DNA of 64,000 nt from Candidatus Woykebacteria bacterium (lineage in GTDB: Bacteria > Patescibacteriota > Microgenomatia > Woykebacterales > RBG-16-39-9b): positions 328,547 to 392,546 of the forward strand of contig JBBDPM010000006.1 of the NCBI GenBank assembly GCA_040876345.1. The letters run 5' to 3'. Made by a program: the position numbers and the translations under genes. Positions 1 through 11,159 of the stretch are shown here, piece by piece; within the stretch, counting starts at the first letter, position 1, and every line of letters starts with the position of its first letter. The notes beneath the pieces were generated by a model. The model was not told where the DNA came from and searched no databases. It was given only the letters and a program-made list of their open reading frames with translations.

Positions 1-114
1 GGTCTTCATGATTGTTCCTTTCTCCACTCTGCGTTTTCCGACATGTACTGACCTACGTTGACATTTTAGCAGATACTAGAAATTTTTCTTTGTTGGGGTG
101 GTAAAATACTCTCT

Positions 115-1458
115 ATGTTTTCTAACTTTGAACAAGCAAATGAATATTTGGAGACCTTGATCCCTAAAGAATATAAACCAACTGAAGCTCTAAAACTTGA
201 GCGAATTACTTATCTACTCAAACTTCTGGGCAAGCCTCACCAAAAATTCAAATCAATCCACGTTGGCGGAACCTCTGGAAAAGGCTCAGTCTGTTACTAC
301 CTATCCCAAATCTTGACCGCGCAAGGTTACAAAACAGGATTGCACATTTCTCCTCACCTGCAAACCATCAGAGAAAGGATGCAAATAAATGGCGAGTTAA
401 TTTCCGAGAAAGAGTTTGTAAATCTTGTTAATAAAATAAAACCACTAGTTGAAGAAACGGAAAAAAACTTAAGTTTCGACAAACCCAGTTACTTCGAAGC
501 TACTGTGGCCATAGCGTTTGATTACTTTGCTAAAGCTAACGTGGACATTGCAGTAGTTGAGGTTGGGCTTGGAGGTAAATTAGATGCTACCAACGTTATT
601 CACCCTTTAATCTCAATAATAACTAACGTTGGTCTGGACCATACCGAAATATTGGGACACACAGTTGAAAAAATCGCCCGAGATAAGTCTGGAATTATAA
701 AGAAAAACGTACCGGTAATTTCTGGAGCTCAGCAGTTAGCAGTCAAAAAAGTAATTGCTAAAAAATCCCTAGAAAATTCCTCAAAAATATTTTTTATTAA
801 TGAAAAATTCGGCTATAAGATCAGAGAAATATCTTTTTCAGGCACAAAATTCGACTTCCGCTGGTTTGACAGAGTGACTTCACATCAACTTTCGACACCA
901 GCTTCTTACCAAGTAGAAAACGCTTCTCTTGCACTAGGGGCAGTTAATTTATTGGCTGAACATGGGTTTAAAATTAAAGAGGAAAAACTTTATAAAAGTC
1001 TAGCCAATGCCAAAGTACCGGGACGTTTCGAAATTGCTCAGAAAAAACTCCAAATTATTTTGGACGGTGCTCATAATCCAGTCAAAGCTAAGGCTCTTAT
1101 TAATTCCCTAACCTCTCTAATCCCTAACCAAAAATTTGTCTTCATCGTTGCCTTTAAAAAAGACAAAGATATTGAAAAAATGCTAAAAATTTTAAAGCCG
1201 CATGCGAAAGCTTTTGTCATAACTGAATTCACCATGACCACTGACATGGGTCAGCATTTCGCTGCTCGAGCGGAAGAAGTTGTAAAGATATTTAAAAGCT
1301 TGAAATTCTCTGGAAAAGTCTTGATTGAAAAAAATTCTAAAAATACTTTGAAAAAGGCTAAGCAAATAGCCGACCTAGGCGATGCAATAATCGCCACCGG
1401 CTCTCTCTACCTAGTCGGCGAACTCCGTAATCTTTTCTACCCAACTCGTGATAATTAA
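115..1458 (+). CDS. folC: Folylpolyglutamate synthase / dihydrofolate synthase (Mur ligase family)
   Basis: 447-aa ORF. Mur-ligase P-loop GGTSGKGS. SPHL..ERMQING motif typical of FolC. C-terminal Mur ligase domain. Confidence 0.8.
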   Translation: MFSNFEQANEYLETLIPKEYKPTEALKLERITYLLKLLGKPHQKFKSIHVGGTSGKGSVCYYLSQILTAQGYKTGLHISPHLQTIRERMQINGELISEKEFVNLVNKIKPLVEETEKNLSFDKPSYFEATVAIAFDYFAKANVDIAVVEVGLGGKLDATNVIHPLISIITNVGLDHTEILGHTVEKIARDKSGIIKKNVPVISGAQQLAVKKVIAKKSLENSSKIFFINEKFGYKIREISFSGTKFDFRWFDRVTSHQLSTPASYQVENASLALGAVNLLAEHGFKIKEEKLYKSLANAKVPGRFEIAQKKLQIILDGAHNPVKAKALINSLTSLIPNQKFVFIVAFKKDKDIEKMLKILKPHAKAFVITEFTMTTDMGQHFAARAEEVVKIFKSLKFSGKVLIEKNSKNTLKKAKQIADLGDAIIATGSLYLVGELRNLFYPTRDN

Positions 1459-2337
1459 TGACGTGCTTGTGGTTTTATTTATAACACTTTTCACGATCTG
1501 AAATTTTGTCATAAACCTATCGGCTATAAATTTTGGATATCTAATGTATAATCTTCTTGAAGAAGGAAACACTCGTGGAAAGGAGGGTCGTCGTGGAAGT
1601 CGATTTCGTTTGGCCGAAAGGACGCAGGTGCAGCAGCTGCAATCGTCTGAGCGACGGCCACTCAAGAGATTTCCCACTCGTCAGAGTCTTTGGCTTTGGC
1701 CCCTCTTACGAAGTCGCTGGGGTGAAGCTTCAGGATGATGAGCCTAACAAGAGAATCGGTCTATCGCGGTATAGCGCGACCTCAGCCGGAGGCGCTAGAA
1801 AAGGAGACTTAAGGTGGCCTACCCTATACACGGAACATGCCACTATTGCCTTCGGTCCAGAGGCGATCATGCCAAGTGGTGCTGCTACTACACTGGCGAG
1901 GATAGGGATTTGGCAGGCGCTCTTGATCTACCGCTCGAAGAGAGATTCGAACGATTGAGAGACGAACTCGAAGTCGTTTCACAATCGCGGCGACGCCAAA
2001 ACCAATCCAGAACCGATCTGATAATCGGGCCTGGTACCTAATCGTCACCTGCTTGTGCGGCACTGGGGTTGAAAACTCAGGGCGAGTTCTTCCCACTGAA
2101 GTACTTGCTTGGAGGTAACCCGCACAAGCGTCACTTGGAGCCGGTCCCTTGGGTCACCTTCCCTTCAATCAAGACCCAACGGACCGGCCCCCCCCCAATC
2201 TCCTTAATTTTCCCCATTGTACTATCTTGCCACCAGCCAGTCGACGGTTGAATTCAGGATTTTGCAAGTTTCCTTACACTTAAACCATGGGCCAAATTAC
2301 ATACAAACTATTATTTAATCGGTAAAATAAGGCCAAT
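1459..2337. other. High-GC non-coding islet with no ORF over 133 aa and no recognisable RNA family
   Basis: Abrupt shift to roughly 55% GC between folC stop and next gene. Only short overlapping ORFs in all frames. Contains C9 homopolymer at 2188-2196. Confidence 0.4.
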
Positions 2338-2772
2338 ATGGGAAGGTTTCAAGCACTTACACCGCAAGAAGCAAAAATGATTGAAGATCAGGCCGTTAGG
2401 GCTTACGATAATGGCGTCTACTCTTTACCAAACGGCCAGGGAAGACCAAATGGCGCTGGTATAATTTTTATGGTTCGATCCGTCTTCCCCTTTCAGCTTT
2501 TTCCAGATGAGATGATTATATTTGCAGACAGAGTGAAGCTAATAACTAAAACCCTACCTGCATCTGACATGACAATTGAGATGCATATTCACGACGTCGC
2601 CCAAGTGGAAGCAGATTGCGGCCCAATCTTTGGCCAACTTCAAGTTTATCCAAAACTTAGGACTGAGGAGCCTTTAGTTATAACCAGAATTTTCCGAAAA
2701 GACGCTTTAGCCGCAAGAGAAATTTTGGAGGAGTTAATCACCAGAGTACCAATTGTGGCTTCAAGTTATTGA
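2338..2772 (+). CDS. Hypothetical protein, tandem paralog 1
   Basis: 144-aa ORF. Shares SMFPFQLFPDE and HD[VI]AQVEAD.GP[IL]FG.L.V.PKLRTEEPL motifs with the downstream ORF. Confidence 0.5.
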   Translation: MGRFQALTPQEAKMIEDQAVRAYDNGVYSLPNGQGRPNGAGIIFMVRSVFPFQLFPDEMIIFADRVKLITKTLPASDMTIEMHIHDVAQVEADCGPIFGQLQVYPKLRTEEPLVITRIFRKDALAAREILEELITRVPIVASSY

Positions 2773-2811
2773 TTTGTTGGAATTAAAGGTTAGCAGTGTT
2801 AAAATTTTGTT

Positions 2812-3240
2812 ATGGCAAAATTTGAAAGTCTCTCCTCCAAAGAAGCCAAAGAGCTGGAGGAAGAAGCGGTTGAGCATTATAAAGAAAAGGTTCCTAAAAA
2901 AATCCGGCAGACTTATCAAGAACCAGATATAATTCATAAAGTTAAGTCTATGTTCCCTTTTCAGCTTTTTCCAGATGAGCTTTTGATCAAAAAAGACAAA
3001 ATCACTCTAGTAAATAATGTGGGACCTGGAATGAGGAGGATGCGCGATTTGCACTTGCACGACATTGCTCAAGTTGAAGCTGACGTTGGACCGCTATTTG
3101 GGCATCTTCATGTTATCCCAAAACTTCGAACAGAAGAACCACTCCTAATTGATCGTATTTCAAGGAAAGAAGCTCTGCAAACGAGGAAGATCATCGAAGA
3201 TTTAATTGAAAGCCACCAAGGAATAGAATCTACCTATTGA
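2812..3240 (+). CDS. Hypothetical protein, tandem paralog 2
   Basis: 142-aa ORF paralogous to 2338-2772 (conserved blocks listed there). Confidence 0.5.
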   Translation: MAKFESLSSKEAKELEEEAVEHYKEKVPKKIRQTYQEPDIIHKVKSMFPFQLFPDELLIKKDKITLVNNVGPGMRRMRDLHLHDIAQVEADVGPLFGHLHVIPKLRTEEPLLIDRISRKEALQTRKIIEDLIESHQGIESTY

Positions 3241-3910
3241 GGCTACCGAAAAGATATTTCTTCTCGAGTGAAAAGATTTTCTCTGGCAAAATTCTTCTTG
3301 CTTCTAAATAACTCAACAGGTTAGTAAGAAGGACATAGGATAAGCTAATTCCAGATGCAAAGAGAAGTCTTTCTGCCGCAACCACAGGAATAAGAGACAT
3401 CCAAACACTCGCCGGCAAGTTAAAGGCCCAAATCCACAAAGCCCCTCCAACTGCATGGGCTGAAAAAGTTGATCCTAAAGAACGGATGAATAAGTTGTCG
3501 CGACGGAAGTACGCAGCAATTGGAATTAGCCAAAACAAAGCGTAATACCAAACTTGCCTACCAACTGGATTTGCCCAGAAAATTATCATTGCTAAAATCG
3601 GAATAATAATGTTCGATCGATCCTTTCTCGAAAAGTAATAGATCGCAAAAAGGGTTGGAAAAAGGCGGATTATTACCCCAGTCGAGACTGGCGTTCCTTG
3701 AAAAACCTTAAGCCCAAAATTGGCTAGACTCATTAAGAAAACACTAACAATACCTATCGGCCCACCAAAAAATGCAGCAGCAGTCGGTGCAAAAAGATCA
3801 AAAAGAGTAAAAGAAACTTTCGATCCTGCTAATTGATTAATAGGAATCTGAAGAAATATGAAACCGACTATAGTGAATATTAAAGCAAAACCAAGTTTTT
3901 TCTTGTCCAT
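3230..3910 (-). CDS. Polytopic membrane protein (ECF-transporter S-component-like)
   Basis: 226-aa ORF with about 6 hydrophobic helices. No catalytic motif recognised. Confidence 0.45.
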   Translation of the reverse strand: MDKKKLGFALIFTIVGFIFLQIPINQLAGSKVSFTLFDLFAPTAAAFFGGPIGIVSVFLMSLANFGLKVFQGTPVSTGVIIRLFPTLFAIYYFSRKDRSNIIIPILAMIIFWANPVGRQVWYYALFWLIPIAAYFRRDNLFIRSLGSTFSAHAVGGALWIWAFNLPASVWMSLIPVVAAERLLFASGISLSYVLLTNLLSYLEARRILPEKIFSLEKKYLFGSLNR

Positions 3911-4133
3911 AAGTGGGGAAATAGTACAACAAAGAAATCCCTTTGTAAAGGGATGACTAGGTCACCAACAGAAGATGTATAATATTTTTAATGACTTATT
4001 TACACCAATATAAATCCAATTATTATTAACTGTAATAACCTACTTCATAATAACCTTCATCAATTTATCTGAAGCTAAGATATACACCGACGAAGTTTAT
4101 ATCTACAAAATAACTAAATTTAGGAAAGAGAAA

Positions 4134-4556
4134 ATGAAGATTGATGATATTAGGTCGATCAAACTAATTGATTTGACACCATTGACACCTTTGAATATAA
4201 AACTTTTCTTTAAATTTGAAGACTACCCAGGGGACATTTATTACGGGTTTTTCAAATTCACACAGATTTTTCTACCGCGCACCACCTTTGCATTGCTACT
4301 GGAAAACAAAAACTCGAGTGCAAAAAGTATAACAATAAGCCGACCTCTCCTAAGGTTGGAGAGAAATATTGAACAAATAAAGTATGTCGCCAACAAGAAT
4401 AAGCAAATAGAACTCGATGATTTTACTAAAAAGCTTCTAGAAAAAGGTACTTTAGATAACTTAGTAGTTATCACAACAACACAAGGTAAGAACATCGCCA
4501 AAAACCGATACACTTCCCTCTTTATAGGTTTGACATTTCGCTTGTCTCTGTTCTGA
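4134..4556 (+). CDS. Hypothetical protein
   Basis: 140-aa AT-rich ORF in rRNA-flanking region. No motif recognised. Confidence 0.25.
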   Translation: MKIDDIRSIKLIDLTPLTPLNIKLFFKFEDYPGDIYYGFFKFTQIFLPRTTFALLLENKNSSAKSITISRPLLRLERNIEQIKYVANKNKQIELDDFTKKLLEKGTLDNLVVITTTQGKNIAKNRYTSLFIGLTFRLSLF

Positions 4557-4630
4557 TATTTTTTGCGTTTATTAAGTGGCTGGAATCGACTACTGGTTGA
4601 GGGATGACAAGAGCGATTCTTAGATACGAT

Positions 4631-4746
4631 TCTGGCGATGACATACTTTCCCGGTGCTGAGAAGCACAAGTATCATCTGCGCTGGACCGTTTCATGACTC
4701 TGTTCGGAAAGGGAAGAGATGGTTCCAATCCGCTCAAATCGCCAGA
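4631..4746 (-). rRNA. rrf: 5S ribosomal RNA
   Basis: Reverse complement contains CCGAACAGAGTCATGAAACGGTCCAGCGCAGATGATACTTGTG, matching the 5S loop B/C and helix IV consensus. Lies downstream of 23S. Confidence 0.8.
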
Positions 4747-5051
4747 ATCCTAACTACGAATTTCTCTTTTTTTCAAATTTTTAATTGTTAATTCTGCCAA
4801 AGTCAGCCAACACCCTGAAAACTGGATGGAAAAGATATCTCATGTTAAAGATCTGATCGATCTATTAGTACGGCTTAGCTAAAACTGTTACCAGCCTTAC
4901 ACATGCCGCCTATCAACCTGGTGGTCTTCCAGGGATCTAAGAATCCTAATCTTGTGGCGGGCTTCGCACTTAGATGCTTTCAGCGCTTATCCCAACCCAG
5001 CGTAGCTACCCAGCGATGCCAATGCTTTGACAACTGGTACACTAGAGGCTG

Positions 5052-5083
<32 letters not shown>

Positions 5084-5123
5084 CCCACTCAAGATTCCTA
5101 CGGGTATGCCGGATAGAGACCGA

Positions 5124-5938
5124 CAATTTGTTACTTTCCGCCAACTGGCGGACGGTTAAGTATTTCTACTTAACTCTTGACATCGCTGCCAAGTTCGGAC
5201 TATATCTTGTCCGACGATGCTTCATCGGACTCTAGCGTGTAGTCTCTGAGGCTACAAAGCGTTAAGAATTGCTTCTTTTGAGTATCGCTTCTTGGTAATT
5301 ATGCTTGTGTTAAAAACCAAGTTGACTATCGTAGTAAGACCATCTTTACTCAGATGATCCCTACTTTCCACCATCTTAATAACCTGTTTAAAGGTCTCGA
5401 GATCGTGTTGCTTCTGTGAGTGTAGAGTGTAACTGTCAAAGAAAGGAATTAATTTTTCTTTTAAATCCTTGCGATCTTTGACTATCAAAACCCAAGACTT
5501 GTCTGTTGAACTTTTGGGATGGTTAGGTTTCAAATAACCGCAACCTAACCTATCTTTGAAAAACTCAAGAACATTCTTACCACCTGGATTTTGACTCAAG
5601 TGAAACTCAGTAATTAGCTGCCAACCTAAAGGCAAATCTTTCCTTCGACTGAATCCCACATAGAAACACCCTTCTCCATCAACAAATCCTGCAAGATACT
5701 CATCCGCTATGTTTGCCTGCTGATTGTCCGCACTTGAAGAATTTTCACTAACCATAATAGAGATATATAACTCTATAAGGCTAGTATCTCAAGATACTAA
5801 TCCCTTTTAAGGAACGGAGTTTCCAGCATATAGCTAGATTTTCCCCGATATGCATCGGGGTCCTTCTGTCCTCTTATCTTCAAAACATCGGAAGGAACGA
5901 CAGCTCGTTGGTAAATGCTTGTCTTGCATTACAGGTCT
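5124..5938 (-). mobile_element. Group I intron in 23S (near E. coli position ~2593) carrying a homing endonuclease ORF
   Basis: Exon sequence GACCGA / ACTGTCTCACGACGTTC is interrupted by 815 nt. Group I S-element AAGATATAGTCC and R-like CAGAGACTACA are present in rRNA sense. Upstream exon ends in U and the intron ends in G. Confidence 0.7.
5252..5755 (-). CDS. LAGLIDADG homing endonuclease
   Basis: 167-aa ORF with LAGFVDGEGCF motif, inside the 23S intron and on the rRNA strand. Confidence 0.85.
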   Translation of the reverse strand: MVSENSSSADNQQANIADEYLAGFVDGEGCFYVGFSRRKDLPLGWQLITEFHLSQNPGGKNVLEFFKDRLGCGYLKPNHPKSSTDKSWVLIVKDRKDLKEKLIPFFDSYTLHSQKQHDLETFKQVIKMVESRDHLSKDGLTTIVNLVFNTSIITKKRYSKEAILNAL

Positions 5939-5975
<37 letters not shown>

Positions 5976-6084
5976 TTTTAATGGGCGAACAGCCCAACCC
6001 TTGGGGCCTACTCCAGCCCCAGGATACGATGAGCCGACATCGAGGTGCCAAACAGTGTCGTCGATGTGAACTCTTGGACACTAT

Positions 6085-6118
<34 letters not shown>

Positions 6119-6542
6119 AAGCTCCGCCGTTTCCATACACAAGCGGAGGATCACTAAACCCTGCTTTCGCACCTGCTCGACTTGTAGGTCTCGCAGTCAA
6201 GCCAGCTTGCGCTTTTACACGTCCATCCCGATTTCCATCCGGGAGAAGCTGACCTTTGGGCCCCTCCGTTACCTTTTAGGAGGGGACCGCCCCAGTCAAA
6301 CTACCCGCCAGACCTTGTCTTGCTGCCGGTTCTACGGCTAGCAGTTAGCGTTTCACTTCACAAAGGGTGGTATTTCACTGTCGCCGAAGCTCCCACCTAT
6401 TCTACACAGTGTAAAACAAGACGCAGGGCCAAGTTGTAGTAAAGCTCCACGGGGTCTTTTTGTCCTGGCATACTTAGGCCGCGTCTTCACAGCCATCTCA
6501 ATTTCGCCGGGTCGATCTTCAAGACAGTCCTCAAGTCGTTCT

Positions 6543-6585
<43 letters not shown>

Positions 6586-6896
6586 CTTTCCCTATGTTAC
6601 TCCGATACTAGATCGAAGCGGTTGTGTTCCTTTTCAACCCTCTACGTCGCCGTAGAGATCGGACTATATCTTCCACTCATAGCTTTTAGCTAAGGGTGGT
6701 CTGACGTATAGTCTCTGAGGATTTCCACCACTTGGCGGATCTTTCCTGCTGATTGTCCGCACCAAACAGGTTGTCACATTTGTCATGCCAAAATAGTTTC
6801 GGCATCTAGATCCTGAAGCAAGTTCAGGATGACATTGTACTGTTGGATACACGGAGTTTCCAGCATTTAGTCAGATTTCTCTAAGGCAGCTTTCCT
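6586..6896 (-). mobile_element. ORF-less group I intron in 23S (H69-H71 region, near E. coli ~1931)
   Basis: Conserved CTAAGGT / AGCGAAATTCCTTGTCGGGTAAGTTCCGACC is split by 311 nt. It shares the S element (AAGATATAGTCC), a CAGAGACTATAC R-like element and ATGCTGGAAACTCCGT with the first intron. Confidence 0.6.
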
Positions 6897-8339
6897 ACCT
6901 TAGCACAGTTATAGTTACTGCGGACGTTTACCGTGGCTTCAGTCAGGAGCTTGCACCCCCTTCTTTAACCTTACGGCACTGGTCAGGCGTCAGGCCCTAT
7001 ACTTCCCCTTACGGGTTTGCAGAGCCCTGTGTTTTTGATAAACAGTCGCTTGAGAGTCTTTCGCTGCGACCCCGCCTCATCAGCGGGGCACGACATCTTC
7101 CAAAGATACGTCGAGCTTTTTTGCCGAGTTCCTTGAAGATCGTTCTCCCGTTCGCCTTGGTATACTCTACCTGCCCACCTGTGTCGGTTTGCGGTACGGT
7201 CAACATAAGCCTCACAACGAGCATTTTCTCGAAGTCTGAAAACGTTCCACCCCCACGCTCCTTGCGGTTTGCGAGGGCCATCACAGCTTGGATAAGACGT
7301 GAATCAGCGGATTTTCCTACTGCCACTTCCTAACTGCTTAGATACCATTGCAGAGCGGTACTGGAAGCTTCCACTCTTGTCAACCCTTTGTGTCTTTATC
7401 AGCTTACATTGGTAGCCGAATTTCAACGGCTTGTCCATCGCTTACGCCAGAAAACTGACCTCAGCTTAGGACCGACTAACCCTGGGACGATTGACGTTGC
7501 CCAGGAAACCTCGGGCTTTCGGCGAGGCGGGTTTTCACCGCCTTCTCGCTACTCATACCGGCATTCTCACTTCTTGGCAGTCCAGCAAGCCTTACAGCTC
7601 ACCTTCAACCCACCAAGAACGCTCCCCTACCCCTCGCCTTGCGGCGAAGCCGTAGCTTCGGTAATAGGCTTGAGCCCCGTTACATTGTTCGCGCACACTT
7701 CCCGAATCGACCAGTGAGCTGTTACGCACTCTTTAAAGGGTTGCTGCCTCTAAGCCAACCTCCTGGCTGTCTAAGGAAATATACTACGTTTCACACTAAG
7801 CCTATATTTAGGGACCTTAACTGACGGTCTGGGCTGTTTCCCTCTCGACTACGGAGCTTAGCCCCCGCAGTCTCACTCCTACCAAACATTTTGCCGTATT
7901 CGGAGTTTGGTTAGACGCCGCCTCTTGCGAAGCGACAATCCATCCAGTGCTCTACCCCAGCAAAACTATTAAATAGGGCTGCACCTAAATGCATTTCGGG
8001 GAGAACCAGCTATCTCCAGGTTCGATTGGCATATCACCTCTAACCACAGGTCATCCCAGCCTTTTGCAACAGACACGGGTGCGGGCCTCCAGCCAATTTT
8101 ACTTGGCCTTCACCCTGCCCATAGTTAGCTCACCTGGTTTCGGGTCTAAACTTAGCTGCTAATCGCCCAGTTAGGGCTCGCTTTCACTACGCCTCCCCAA
8201 GTCAAACTTGGTTAAACTCGCAGCTAATGTTAACTCGCCGGTTCATTCTTCAATAGGCACGCGGTCATCCCGCCGAAGCGGGACTCCCACTGCTTGTCAG
8301 CATCTAGTTTCAGGTCTATTTCACTCCCCTCACCGGGGG

Positions 8340-8380
<41 letters not shown>

Positions 8381-9004
8381 CTTCTTGGTATTTAGCCTTG
8401 CACCATGGTCGGCGCGGGTTCCCGCAGAATTTCACGTGCTCCGCGGTACTCAGGAATGTAACAAGAGATTTGTAAGTTTTGCGTACAGGTCTATCACCTT
8501 CTATGGAAGCGCAATTCCGGCGCTTTCTGCTACCTACAAACTTTGTAACTCTTTATCATTAAAGATAGTCACACCCTACAACACCCCGATAAATCGGGGT
8601 TTGGGCTGTTCCCCTTTCGCTCACCGCTACTTAGGGAATCACATTCGTTTTCTTTTCCTCTCCTTACTGAGATGTTTCAGTTCAGGAAGTTCCCTCCACT
8701 CGCGCTATGTATTCACGCAAGGGTACCGAGTTAGACTCGGTGGGTTACCCCATTCGGAAATCCCCGGATTAAGCGCTTGTTGACAGCTACCCGAGGCTTA
8801 TCGCAGTCTACCACGTCCTTCGTCGGCCAAGAAGACCAAGGCATCCACTAGATGCGTTAATAAGATCTTTAACTTTCCATCCAGTTGTCAAGGTGCCATG
8901 GCACGTTTCAACGTGTCATGTGTCAAAGTATCAAGAAAAACTTGACGCTCTGACACTTGACTAAACGTCTGTTTTAGAACCCCAAATTCCAAGGTCTCCA
9001 AGCG

Positions 9005-9081
9005 TGGTGGACCTGGTCGGACTCGAACCGACGACCTCCTCATTGCAAATGAGGTGCTCTAGCCAACTGAGCCACAGGCCC
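9005..9081 (-). tRNA. tRNA-Ala (anticodon TGC)
   Basis: Reverse complement gives a cloverleaf with G3:U70 identity pair, anticodon loop TTTGCAA and encoded CCA. Sits in the 16S-23S spacer. Confidence 0.9.
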
Positions 9082-9348
9082 ATGCAACAGAAAATCCGGC
9101 TCGATAAGCCGCCAATTCAAAAGGCAGATTGTACATATTTAATTATTATCTGTCTATAGGGAAAACTTTAAGAGGTTAGTGGTTAAGAGATAAACACCTG
9201 CTGTCCAACAGTTGATCTATCATCACTTAGCCTCAAAAAGAAACCCTCTCAATGAGAAAAACCTCATTACCACGGAATATAACACCGTTTTTATATAAAG
9301 TCAAGGTTAATTTGGGGTGATTATCAGTTGAAAAATGAGTGTGCTAAA

Positions 9349-9423
9349 TGGTGGGCACGGATGGGATCGAACCATCGACCTCGTCTTTATCAGAGACGCG
9401 CTCTACCACTGAGCCACGTGCCC
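9349..9423 (-). tRNA. tRNA-Ile (anticodon GAT)
   Basis: Reverse complement GGGCACGTGGCTCAGTGGTAGAGCGCGTCTCTGATAAAGACG...CCA, anticodon loop CTGATAA. Sits in the 16S-23S spacer. Confidence 0.9.
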
Positions 9424-9775
9424 TAAAGCCGCGCAAATTCTATCATAAACAGAAAAACCCCGCAAACCGGGGTTTCTCATTTTAACTCAAAATCTATAAG
9501 GAACGAACGTCCTTCTCCGAAACTCGGAGGCGACATGACCTCCATCGTGAATGGAGGCCTAGAGCCAATACTTTCGGCTCGGCTCCTTTGGCTTTGACCA
9601 GCTGGCTTCAAAAGACCAAAAGTCTCTGTGAAATTCCAGTGAATCTTAGAAAGGAGGTGATCCATCCCCAGATTCCCCTAGGGATACCTTGTTACGACTT
9701 AGCATTGATCGCCGAGTTCACCTTAGCCCCAATAAATTGAGTTTTCGGGTGCCCCCGACTTTCCCTACTTGACGG

Positions 9776-10648
9776 ATTGGAATAGCTTGAGGTTGCTTTC
9801 CGTTCCCACTTAGCAAGCCGATTTCCGGCACTAAGCGAGCCGAAATGTTTTTTAGCTCATTGTTAAGTGTGTTCATAGTGAGCTTTAACTGCCAAACTTC
9901 TTTAAGCTCCTTTTTACTTAATTTGCGCACGTCCTGACGATCTTTAACAATCTCAGCAACTCTAGCAAATCGGTTAAAGGACTCCGATTTAATACCCTGT
10001 AATTAATGTTCCTTGAAAAAAGGAACAATAATATTTTGGATATCACCTTGTCGGGTAATTTCAAAAACATATGCTGTTTTTCTTACATCATTACCCTGAG
10101 ACTTTACATAAACATACCCAATTTTGAAATAATCTAGAACTTTGTTCAAAAGTCCCCTAATATCAAACCGCTGGGTTATAAAATACCTCAGAATAATTCG
10201 ATGGTCAGTTCGAATCTGAACTGTAAAACACCCTTCACCATCAGTAAGCCCAACAATATAGTCGGCCGTTAACATTTCGTAGATTCCTTTCCCACCAAAT
10301 AATACACTGCATAATTTCTAGTGGGTACTATGAATCTGCAGACTTCCTATCAAGTATTTACCTCTACCTCGATAGGATCTCCTTGGGTCACATAAATAAC
10401 TTTTCCTGACATTCCATAAAGTACTCTTACTTAACGTTGAATTTCTCTCAAACCGCCCGGCTGAGATCACTCATTCGAAGTACTTCTTAACTCACGGACT
10501 GCCATTTGCCTCAGGCCCTCCACTCCAGAAAATTACTCTTCTAAAGCTGCCAGATTTTTTTGGCTACTATTACTCGTAGATTGGATTTTAACCAATTAGC
10601 TATTTATGCTGCCAAGCGCGATTTTATGTAGCGTTTTACTGCTACAGG
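9776..10648 (-). mobile_element. Intron in 16S near the decoding-centre 1400 region (class unresolved), carrying an interrupted LAGLIDADG ORF
   Basis: About 870 nt separate TTGTACACACCGCC from CCGTCAAGTAGGGAAAGTCGGG (h44). Boundaries are approximate, within about 5 nt. No group I S element was seen. Confidence 0.65.
10003..10275 (-). CDS. LAGLIDADG homing endonuclease, N-terminal segment (probably a decayed gene)
   Basis: 90-aa ORF with VGLTDGEGCF motif ending at a TAA (10003-10005). It is followed in the same frame, 24 codons later, by a 70-aa ORF (9718-9930) that runs into the predicted 3-prime exon. Confidence 0.75.
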   Translation of the reverse strand: MLTADYIVGLTDGEGCFTVQIRTDHRIILRYFITQRFDIRGLLNKVLDYFKIGYVYVKSQGNDVRKTAYVFEITRQGDIQNIIVPFFKEH

Positions 10649-10845
10649 CGGTGTGTACAAGAGGCGAGAACGTATTCAACGCGGTATGCTGACCCGCGTT
10701 TACTAGCAAGTCCATCTTCATGCGCTCGAGTTGCAGAGCGCAATCCGAACTGAGGGTGTATTTTTGCGATTGGCTCCAGATTGCTCCTTAGCTTCGTATT
10801 GTTTGCACCCATTGTAACGTGTGTGTTGCCCAGGATATAAGGGCT

Positions 10846-10877
<32 letters not shown>

Positions 10878-10951
10878 CCGTTTAGCGGGGCAGTTTCGCT
10901 AGAGTGATACAACTAGCGATGGGGGTTGCGCTCGTTACCCGACTTAACGGT

Positions 10952-10995
<44 letters not shown>

Positions 10996-11109
10996 AGGCT
11001 CCCCGAAGGGTCGTTCGCCTTTCAGCGTCCTAACACCTACATGTCAAACCCTGGTAAGGTTCTTCGTTTTGTCTCGAATTAAACCACACGTTCCCCTGCT
11101 TGTGCGCCT

Positions 11110-11159
<50 letters not shown>

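Noticed and set aside
1459-2337. Possibility that the GC-rich tract is tmRNA, RNase P RNA, SRP RNA or 6S RNA
   Set aside because: No tRNA-like acceptor or T-arm, no AGGAAAGTCCGGGC or GGAAGCAGCC-type conserved cores, and no tag-peptide frame were found by eye. It is left as an unclassified non-coding islet rather than a named RNA.
4241-4737. Minus-strand ORFs 4241-4669 and 4522-4737
   Set aside because: They overlap the 5S rRNA and the 23S-5S spacer, with no coding signal.
9776-10648. Assigning the 16S intron to group I with a defined insertion nucleotide
   Set aside because: No S/R-element match was found and no placement gives both a U-ending upstream exon and a G-ending intron. Class and exact junction are left unresolved.
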